Source: Octopus sinensis
Taxonomy: Eukaryota
Length of the DNA: 9,630 nucleotides
Reading direction: 5' to 3'
NCBI RefSeq assembly: GCF_006345805.1
Contig: NW_021827811.1
Coordinates: 1 to 9,630, forward strand
Position numbers and translations under genes: made by a program
Part shown: positions 1 to 7,592 of the stretch, piece after piece
How positions within the stretch are numbered: position 1 is the first letter of the stretch
How the letters are laid out: every line of letters begins with the position of its first letter
The notes under the pieces: model-generated
Database searches by the model: none
What the model saw: only the letters and a program-made list of their open reading frames with translations
Told to the model about the DNA's origin: nothing

Positions 1-489
1 TACATGCGCACGCAGGCACACGCATACACACGAGACCATAATAGTAAATTTGATAAAAGAAAACTAACAAAAATTTCCATTTGGTTCAGAGTGAAGGCAA
101 TTTAGATTAGTTATAAATATGGATTCTTAAGTTTTTTTTTTACTATTGGCCTTAATAACCAAAGATTTCCTAAAGTACTAAGTAAGGTATACTGATTTGG
201 CTCATCAAAACGGGTGTTAATCGCGACTCAAGTTGCAGTCTGACAAGTGAAATATATTTTACAGAGTATTAAAAAAGAAATGAAAAAAAGAGAAAAACCA
301 TCAGAGGGGCGATGCATACCCTGTGCACAGATAATTTTTTTCCCAAATTATAGTGTGGCTTACAATGCGTCGAGAAAGCAAGAAGTGAAAAGAATGTCTT
401 GGACAGTGCCATCTTTTTAAATTTTACTTTTTCCTTGTTGCGTCTGGAGGAGACGAGGGGCAGTGATCTTTGATCTATGAGTTTTACAG

Positions 490-591
490 GTCCTCCAAAA
501 CTGGTGAGGCTGATGCCGTTAATGTTCTGTTTAAATTGTTGCAGGTATACACGTGCAAGAAAGACATTATATGAGCTGGGAGAAGATTCCA
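490..591 (+). CDS. Candidate internal coding exon (102 bp, phase 1-1) of an unidentified host gene: (x)PPKLVRLMPLMFCLNCCRYTRARKTLYELGEDS
   Basis: Acceptor ttttacAG (AG 488-489), strong donor GTGAGT at 592-597, open frame throughout, non-repetitive sequence. Alternative in-frame acceptor ttgttgcAG at 543-544. No protein family recognised. Confidence 0.4.
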
Positions 592-765
592 GTGAGTCAA
601 TGTTCGGAGGAAGAAGGAATGGGGATAATGGTTAGAACGGAGGTGTGGTGTGATGAAGGTAACAAAGGTGACGAGGGGTGGAGAGACAAATGGGTAGGGG
701 GTACCTTAATGGGGGAATTACGAAACCAGTAATTTCCGAGGAACACAGACCATCATAGCATCGAT

Positions 766-781
766 AGAAAAGACGGAGAGG
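766..781 (+). repeat. Left target-site duplication AGAAAAGACGGAGAGG of the SINE dimer
   Basis: Exact 16-bp match to 1213-1228, flanking the insertion 782-1212. Confidence 0.9.
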
Positions 782-799
782 GTTAGGGTTAGGGTTAGG
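782..799 (+). repeat. Short perfect telomeric tract G(TTAGGG)2TTAGG at the SINE 5' junction
   Basis: Read directly; lies between the left TSD and the SINE start (aggcggcg, about 797). Confidence 0.9.
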
Positions 800-1212
800 C
801 GGCGACCTGGCAGAAACGTTAGCACGCCGGGCGAAATGCGCAGCCGTATTTCGTCTGCCGTTACGTTCTGAGTTCAAATTCCGCCGAGGTCGACTTTGCC
901 TTTCATCCTTTTGGGGTCGATTAAGTAAGTACCAGTTACGCACTGGGGTCGATATAATCGACTTAATTCGACTGTCTGTCTTTGTTTGTCTCTTCTGTGT
1001 TTATCTCCTTGTGGGTAGTAAAGAAATAGGTATTTCGTCTGCCGCTACGTTCTGAGTTCAAATTCCGCCAAGGTCGACTTTGCCTTTCATCCTTTCGGGG
1101 TCGATAAATTAAGTACCAGTTACGCAGTGGGGTCGATGTAATCGACTTAATCTGTTTGTCTGTCCTTGTTTGTCCCCTCTATGTTTAGCCCCTTGTGGGC
1201 AATAAAGATATA
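797..1212 (+). mobile_element. tRNA-derived SINE (family A), tandem dimer: full monomer 797-1028 plus 5'-truncated monomer 1029-1212
   Basis: B-box-like GAGTTCAAATTCC at 870-882 and 1054-1066; two near-identical monomers; A-rich tails; 16-bp TSD; further copies at about 2085-2612 (+) and 4122-4329 (-). Confidence 0.9.
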
Positions 1213-1226
1213 AGAAAAGACGGAGA

Positions 1227-1485
1227 GGAGGCAGCATGTCTGTGGGCCAGGGGCTGAAATGTATCTAATTTAATGCCAATTGTGGTTTGGATTCCCGGAC
1301 CAGGGCGATGCATTGTGTTCTTGAGCAAAACACTTCATTTTACGTTGCTCCAGTCCACTCAGCTGGTAAAAATGTGTAATCCTTTTACAGATCGGAGTCC
1401 CATCCAGCAGGTGGGGTGGAATATATATATATTACAGAATCCAGGAAACCGGCCTTATGAGCCATGGGCTCGGGAAGGACCTTTG
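1227..1485 (+). mobile_element. Diverged tRNA-derived CORE-type SINE (family B)
   Basis: Degenerate tRNA head (ggaggcagcatg...ggtttggattcccggaccagggcg), CORE-like ttgtgttcttgagcaaaacactt, and 3' region (gtcccatccag...gaaaccggccttatgagc) shared with the element at 2211-2519. Confidence 0.7.
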
Positions 1486-1804
1486 ATCATTTTTTGAGTT
1501 GAGTGGTCTTCCTCTGACTATAAACTATATTTGACAGACAAAATACTGATAACTTGAGGTTTATAAACTGCAAAACAGAAATTTTCAAAATGGAAAACCA
1601 GTTGATTGACTCCTTTGTACAAGCAAAAATACGCGTCATAACAGATAAATAACGAGGGGGTATAATTCCGAGCAGGTAACTTTATAAAAGATGGACATTA
1701 AGCATATCTTTCTGATATCTTAAGACATACAATATTATGAAATAACAGCTTGAAACAAACTTTTTTATAATAAAAGAATAATTCTAAAAGATTAAATTTC
1801 ATCG

Positions 1805-1867
1805 ACGCTCCAGCATGGTCATAGCCTTAGGGCTGAAACGTATAAAAGAATAAAAGAATACAAGAAT
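1805..1867 (+). mobile_element. 3' fragment of a SINE/LINE tail ending in TAAAAGAA repeats
   Basis: gctccagcatggtcatagcc...ctgaaacgtataaaagaataaaagaatacaagaa resembles the reverse complement of 4001-4050 (cagcatggctgcagtcc...tgaaacaagtaaa). Short tandem-repeat tail typical of RTE-type 3' ends (established knowledge; family assignment is inference). Confidence 0.6.
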
Positions 1868-1873
1868 AATCGT

Positions 1874-1932
1874 TAATCTAACTCTAACTCTAATCTTTAC
1901 CCTAACCCCAAACCTTATCTTAATCCTAATCT
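1874..1932 (-). repeat. Degenerate telomere-like hexamer tract, about 10 units of TAACCC consensus
   Basis: Units taactc, taactc, taatct, ttaccc, taaccc, caaacc, ttatct, taatcc, taatct in 6-nt phase. Confidence 0.6.
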
Positions 1933-2084
1933 CCTGGGACTTCATTTCTTCGCAATTAAAAAAGAATTATACATATTTTTGCATACGCAAAAAATCCCAA
2001 CTAACTTATTTTTCATTTTGAATTTTTTTTTCTCATTCAGGCCTTAAACTCTGGGATATACGAAAACCCCATGTTTATTACATT

Positions 2085-2612
2085 TCAAAATCGTAACCGC
2101 ACCGGATAAAATGCATTGCGGCATTTCTTCTGATTCTTTGCATTCTCAGTTCAAATAGTACTAAGGTCGAATTTGCCTTTCATCCTTTTGGAGTCGATAA
2201 AATAAGTATCGTGGAGAAGTAATGGCCTAGTGGTTAAAGCAGCAGACTCGCGGTCGGAGGATCGCAGTTTCCATTCCCAGACCGGGCGTTGTGTGTTTTT
2301 ATTGAGCGAAAACACCTAAAAGCTCTACGAGGTTCCGGTAGGGGGTGGTGGCGACCCCTGTTGTACTCTTTCGCCCAACTTTCTCTCACTCTTTCTTCCT
2401 GTTTCTTGAGTAACGCTGCGATGGACTATCGTCCCGTCCAGCTGGGGGGAACACATACACCACAGAAACCGGGAAACCGGGCCCATGAGCTTGGCTAGGC
2501 TTGAAAAGGGCGCATAAATATAAAATAAGTATCTGTCAAGTACTGGGGTCGATGTAATCGACTACTTTCTCCACTCAAAGCGGTTGGTCTTGTGTCAAAA
2601 TTAGAAAGAAAA
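2085..2612 (+). mobile_element. Old, diverged family-A SINE interrupted by a nested family-B SINE
   Basis: Aligns with 797-1028 (aaatgcattgcggcatttc...cagttcaaat...aaggtcgaatttgcctttcatccttttggagtcgataaaataagtatc) and resumes after 2533 with actggggtcgatgtaatcgact. Confidence 0.75.
2211..2519 (+). mobile_element. Full-length tRNA-derived CORE-type SINE (family B) nested in a family-A SINE
   Basis: A-box-like tggcctagtggttaaag, tRNA-like head, 3' region shared with 1227-1485; exact 14-bp TSD ATAAAATAAGTATC at 2197-2210 and 2520-2533. Confidence 0.9.
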
Positions 2613-3790
2613 AGGTATTATTACATTTTCCTAAACAAACTACAAGTTAATCTCCCATTTAACAATAGTTAGAAATTTCTCTTTGCAACTGGGGAAAAAA
2701 ATGACGAACCTGCCGACATTACATATTACATGACGCTGCTCTAAGCCAAAACTCCTTTCTTCACTGAGTCACTTTTTAAAGTTGCCATGGTTTACTCGGA
2801 TAAGATAATATGGATATCTTGGCAGTACTATTCAAATATAAATACATACTTAATCTGTGTGTAAATATTGTTATCGTAAGTGAATAATACGAGTTAAGTG
2901 ATCGCCTGACTTCCAAAAGAAGGTTTGTAAAGATCCATTAAAAAGGTATACTGAAAAACTGGAAAGAATTAACTAAAGAAATATATGTGATGCAGACTAA
3001 TTCAGACAGACTTTCTCTTAATTTTTGTTAAATCTTCGAAAGTGGAAAGAAATCGCTAACATTCAAAAGTGGACAGGCCGTTCTAATACTCTTGTAACGG
3101 AAGAAATTGATTGGTTAACAAAAATATGATGATGTCGAAGTCAGCAGTTGCAACGATTAAAAATTTGTTGTTATAACGGCATACTGTAGGATGTGCAAGA
3201 TGAACAATGTATGAAGTTTTAAGAAAGTATTTATTTACCGTTACGTTACAATACCTTGCCTCGACGAGCAGGTTATGATAAATCCAAAAGCATGCGAAGT
3301 AAAGTTTGTGTTTGGGTTCTCTTCATTGTTTAGTAGTAATTGCGGAGACAGATAGAATGATGTTATAAGAGAATAGAATTAGAGCTAGTGAGAGTGTTGT
3401 AGGGTGTGGGACATTGTCTCCCAGTTGCTGACAGTAAACTTCATTTCCTTCACTGACCATTGTCTTTAGTAGCTGCATTCTTTGTGATCATGATTCTAGC
3501 AGTTCGTTCCCTAACTAATTGAGTCATCACGATGTGACTGAACTCGTTGAGTCGTCACCGACTATGACTAACTGGCTTTTGCTTGGGGTGTGCTAGCTTA
3601 TATAACTATCCAGGATAGATATATGATTGATAACAATAGATTTAGTTGGAGGTCTTGTTATCTCTATTCTAGCTTTTGGTGAAGTAGAAAGTGTCAAGTG
3701 GTGAAGATATTATTTCAGCCTAACTAAAGACATCTGGAAAATGTAAAACTGCTGTCAGAGAAAAAATATTGTTCCATCGTGGGAAAAGTT

Positions 3791-3862
3791 CTGTTGCAGC
3801 GTTAATTTAAATTTGGCTGTGGTGGATCGAATCCACTTCATGCATGCAAAATCCACTTCACT
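3791..3862 (-). repeat. Copy of an unclassified interspersed repeat (possible DNA transposon end), inverted relative to 9564-9630
   Basis: Reverse complement of 3791-3847 matches 9574-9630 at 54/57 nt; internal hairpin GTGGAT-cga-ATCCAC. Confidence 0.75.
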
Positions 3863-4000
3863 CTCTTTGCAAGAAAAAGACTTTTATCCGTTATTAAAGC
3901 AACATTAAATTAAAACAGTTGTCTTTGCATCATACATATTGTATATACACCATTGTATCTTGTCTGTTAACGGTGTATATACGCTAGGTATGATACATAG

Positions 4001-4575
4001 ATTCATTTTTACCGTTTACTTGTTTCAATTATTGGACTGCAGCCATGCTGAGGTATCGCATCCAAGGAATTATTAGTCGAGCAAATCGATCCCAGTACTC
4101 ATTTTTAAAGTTTGGTGCATAATCTTTTCTACTCTAGGTACAAGACCCGAAATTTTGGGGTAGGAGGCACGGCGATTAGATCGACCCTAGTACGCAACTG
4201 GTACTTAATTTATCGACTCCAAAAGGATAAGTCGACCTCGGCGGAATTTGAACTCAGAACGTAACGGCAGACGAAATACTGCTACGCATTTCGCCCGGCG
4301 TGCTAACGTTTCTGCTAGCTCGCCGCCTTAGTCTGGTGCATATTATTTAGCGTTTTGTTCGATCAACTGAACTGCTCACTCATAGAATTATGTATAAATT
4401 AGTGATTGTCCCACAGAAGCATGTACCTTTATTGTAATCCTCAAGCAGGGTCAACATTACACGCTGTGTAACAAAGCTGGACTTTTGGATTATAGGTTCC
4501 ACCCGTTAATGGCGAAGCTAGAGTGTGTGCTGGCCGGGACAGCTCTCGTGTTTGCCGCCCCCTATACTCGCTGAT
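4001..4575 (-). mobile_element. Diverged body and 3' tail of a minus-strand SINE, interrupted by the family-A copy; probably continuous with the head at 4704-4842 across the microsatellite
   Basis: On the minus strand carries the core shared with family A (actgggatcgatttgctcgact) and the tail shared with 1805-1867; split by the TSD-flanked insertion 4122-4329. Continuity with the head is inference. Confidence 0.5.
4122..4329 (-). mobile_element. Family-A SINE monomer, minus strand, alternative 3' tail, nested insertion
   Basis: Reverse complement aligns with 797-960 (aaggcggcgagctagcagaaacgttagcacgccgggcgaaatgcg...); flanked by 13-bp near-TSD agtttggtgcata (4109-4121) / agtctggtgcata (4330-4342). 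Confidence 0.9.
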
Positions 4576-4576
<1 letters not shown>

Positions 4577-4628
<52 letters not shown>

Positions 4629-4703
4629 TGTGTATGTAACGTATATGCAGACAATTACGCACACACACACATCCACACACACACACACACACACAACACA
4701 CAC
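4577..4703. repeat. Compound (CA)n/(CG)n microsatellite
   Basis: Read directly. Confidence 0.95.
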
Positions 4704-4842
4704 GGTTTCTGTCTACCAAACCCACTCACAAGACTTTCATCAGTCCGGGACTATAGCAGAAATCACTTGGCCAAGGTGCACTATGGAACTGAACCCGAAA
4801 CCATATGGCTACAAAGCGAGTTCCTTAACCACACAACCACGT
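4704..4842 (-). mobile_element. tRNA head plus CORE domain of a SINE (family C), minus strand
   Basis: Reverse complement gtggttgtgtggttaagg...gggttcagttcc...gcaccttggccaagtg...ttgtgagtgggtttggtagacagaaac aligns with 9389-9540; CCTTGGCCAAGT is CORE-like. Confidence 0.8.
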
Positions 4843-5337
4843 ATAGTTATATGTAAAAGTTAATATATTATATACAGTGATGTACATAAAATATCTTAAT
4901 TACCGAAAGACATAATATCAAAAGAGGCAGTATTGATCAGCAAAAATCAAAAGAACGAAGATTAATGAACAGGGGATTAACAATGAAAGGAGTGAGGAAA
5001 TTAAGCTTCAAGCGAGCCAAGAGGAGAGATTTTATGTTGTTGATCGTCCAACAAGAGAGTGTAATGAAAGTCTCTTAAATCGCGCTCTATCGTATTAAAA
5101 TAAGACACAAAGAAAAATATAATCCTAGATATACCAAAGGACAGAATGGCTGAGGCTGGTATACATGTGACCTTAGGTTTCTTTAATCATGGTTGACCTT
5201 CAGTTGAACAACATCAGTCAATCAATACTTAAAGTTAGACGGACTTTGATAAGAGTTAAATGTTTTGTCTTAAGATAGACAACAACTACAACAGAAAATG
5301 ATTAGCATCTCTGTTTTATGCACATGCATGATTCTGC

Positions 5338-5418
5338 GTGTGTGCGTACGTGCGTCTGTGCGTGCACATATATACTTATACACACACACACACACTCATA
5401 TATGTAGGCATATGTGTG

Positions 5419-5489
<71 letters not shown>

Positions 5490-5511
5490 ATATACATATA
5501 TATATATATAT
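5338..5511. repeat. Compound TG/CA/(TA)n microsatellite
   Basis: Read directly; source of the YI/CV-repeat ORFs. Confidence 0.95.
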
Positions 5512-5990
5512 AAGGAAAGTTTATGAAAAAAACAAAAGACGAAGGCAGGTGTGGTGTACATCGTTTGTCTGGTTTTGGCATCGAGAACGGGTTAAAGGCC
5601 ACTAGATCCCGTCGGATTGACTCCAAAATTTACAGGGACATGTAAAATGAGGTGAGGATGCGAGTGGGCTAAGTTAGAAATCCCCATTTTAAAAGGTGTC
5701 TTTTACTAGGGCCAAAAACGCACTTTGACAAGTCTACTCTCATTCTTTTATGTATCTGTCTTCCTCCATCACTCACTCTCTTTCCTCCCTTCCCATCACA
5801 TTCTATCTATAACGTCATTTCACAGCGTCTACCTCCCTTCACTTTCTCTTTATAACGTCGTTTCACAGCGTTCTATATCTCCCCCCTCCCCGCCTTCGAC
5901 AGCGCTTTCACACACTCTCTCTCTCTACGTCTGTCTGCATTCATAGAGAGAATTATCATCGCCATATTCATGAGAACAAATATTATGAAT
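5512..5990 (+). mobile_element. Unclassified repeat, possibly the 5' part of a Helitron-like element
   Basis: Begins from (TA)n and then shows gtttgtct and cggattgactccaaaatttaca, paralleling the order in the Helitron at 7593 (gtttgtct...ccgattctgatgaaactt); internal 21-bp direct repeats. No 3' CTAG/hairpin end located. Confidence 0.3.
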
Positions 5991-6010
5991 CAGATATTTA
6001 TTGGGTTAAT

Positions 6011-6011
6011 T

Positions 6012-6042
<31 letters not shown>

Positions 6043-6310
6043 TCTATATATAAATATGTATATATAATGTATATATACAAAGTGTATATATCTGTATTTA
6101 TGTATATTAAACTTTTTAATACTTTTTGATAGTTATATATATTTAAAAAAATCATAAATATAAATTAATAATTTTAATTTTAAATTTAAATAATTACAAT
6201 TTTCAATTTTATATTTTATATATTTTGTATATCATATTTTAATTTTATGTTTGGTTTATGTTTTTCACTGTTTTGATTTGCCTATTAGTGGTTTTATCTC
6301 TAATTTAATT
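6011..6310. repeat. TA/TG microsatellite followed by AT-rich low-complexity DNA
   Basis: Read directly. Confidence 0.8.
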
Positions 6311-6315
6311 TATAT

Positions 6316-6378
<63 letters not shown>

Positions 6379-6433
6379 ATTGTATATATAATGCGTGCAC
6401 ACACACACAGACACACACACAGACACACACACA

Positions 6434-6497
<64 letters not shown>

Positions 6498-6498
6498 A
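6311..6498. repeat. Compound (TA)n-(CA)n-(TA)n microsatellite with CAGA interruptions
   Basis: Read directly. Confidence 0.95.
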
Positions 6499-6731
6499 TG
6501 TGTGCATTATGTGGTCGGTTGAGCTGAAAATATGCGCACCTATGTTAAAAGTGCTGGCGAGTTTGCATGACAACTATTGTTTTCCTCAAATGAAAGGCGT
6601 GAACCCTAGGACAAAATTCCTCATCTTATAAAATGTGGCCCCAGTAGACCCGAATGAAATCGGGTTATATTAACCAAAATGTGAAAAGGGGTCTAAATGG
6701 GGCTGGAAGGGGATTAAAATTTACAGGAGCG

Positions 6732-6917
6732 GGTGTTTAGGAATTCTCTGTTACATCAAGCTAAAAATTTTGCACCAGCCTTTTAATCATCAATATGTTG
6801 CCGTCCATGATGAAGAAGTTTTGAATGCTTGCCATGGTGAGTCTACTGTCGTGAGAAAGAATCACTTCAAAACTTGGTGTTTAGGAATTTTCTTTTACAT
6901 CAAGTTCAAAATTTTGC
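6732..6917 (+). repeat. Two 42-bp direct repeats (6732-6773, 6876-6917) separated by 102 bp
   Basis: ggtgtttaggaattctctgttacatcaagctaaaaattttgc vs ggtgtttaggaattttcttttacatcaagttcaaaattttgc, 38/42 identical. Confidence 0.9.
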
Positions 6918-6947
6918 GTAAGTACATTTCTGTACTTACGGTTACTA

Positions 6948-7066
6948 TTTTAGGGTTAGGATTAGGGTTAGGGTTTTAAGGTTAGGGTTTTAGGGTTAAG
7001 GTTAGGGTTAGGGTTTTAGGGTTAGGGTTAGGGGTTGGGTTTTAGGGTTTTAGGGTTAGTGTTGGG
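6948..7066 (+). repeat. Interstitial telomere-like array, 18 units mixing TTAGGG and TTTTAGGG variants
   Basis: Parsed unit by unit: six 8-mers (TTTTAGGG x5, TTTTAAGG x1), the rest TTAGGG or near variants; G-quadruplex-compatible G-runs. Confidence 0.95.
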
Positions 7067-7249
7067 TAAAAAAGTCAAAATTGAAGAAGTTTGGGGGGGG
7101 GGAGGGGAACATTTTCACAATGCCGATTTTTGGCAATTTTCCGGAAATTCCGTATCCGAAAACGGGGATTTTTGGAAAAAAAATTACAAAAAGAAACAAA
7201 TTTGGGAGAAAATGGGGTGGAGGATGGGCGGAAGTCTTTCCCATGTATC

Positions 7250-7339
7250 TTCAGCCTGATGAGTAGCTAGCGGAATTACTCTCGTTGAGTAATTATTACA
7301 TCAGAGGTTCTGCTAGCTAGGAAACATATGTTGCCTGGA
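7250..7339 (+). ncRNA. Type I hammerhead ribozyme-like motif (possibly degenerate)
   Basis: CUGAUGA 7256-7262; stem II 7264-7275 / 7308-7319 (12 bp, one G-U); GAAA 7321-7324; palindromic minimal stem III ACATATGT 7324-7331; GUU cleavage triplet 7330-7332; stem I 7250-7255 / 7333-7339 (6 bp, one bulge, one G-U). Defect: G7320 where C is expected to pair with G7263. Confidence 0.65.
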
Positions 7340-7592
7340 TTTTGCCCACTCCACTCCCTCAATTTGGATCTTTATTCGCATTCACAGCGACTCTAGTTGC
7401 TAACCGTGAGTTATACAACATTTTTTCAGCTTATCGAACTTCGATATGGGAAAAGCCTACAACCTTCGACTCCAACAAATTAATATCGTTCCTGTACTTT
7501 ATTTTTTATATACCTATCACAGACTGCTCGAGGCTTGCAAACCTCCTACACTTAGACCCTTGGATCCTACAATTATATATGTACACATATAA

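Noticed and set aside
641-651. 11-nt match AGGTGTGGTGT with 5547-5557
   Set aside because: Short, low complexity, no extension; consistent with chance.
632-943. 103-aa minus-strand ORF with PNPNPNP
   Set aside because: Reads through a SINE and the TTAGGG tract; no coding signature.
2211-2290. Functional tRNA genes in SINE heads (also 797-885, 9389-9460)
   Set aside because: Degenerate cloverleaf and B box, directly continuous with SINE bodies and TSDs.
4700-4750. Minus-strand CTGATGA...GAAAC resembling a second hammerhead
   Set aside because: Lies in a family-C SINE whose other copy (about 9498-9540) reads ccgatcaaag...ggaaac, so the core match is a chance mutation; stem II is only 4 bp and stem III/I are absent.
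4888-5078. Lys/Arg-rich open stretch (IKRGSIDQQKSKERR...)
   Set aside because: No convincing flanking splice sites or recognisable homology; expected by chance in A/G-rich DNA.
4441-6631. ORFs rich in CV, HT or YI dipeptides
   Set aside because: Translations of (TG)n, (CA)n and (TA)n microsatellites.
6732-6917. Repeat-spacer-repeat as a CRISPR array
   Set aside because: Eukaryotic context, only two repeats, 102-bp spacer, no cas genes.
7310-7320. CTGCTAGCTAG as a Helitron 3' end for the element starting near 5512
   Set aside because: Neither CTAG is followed by T, no GC hairpin at the expected distance, and the bases form the 3' arm of hammerhead stem II.
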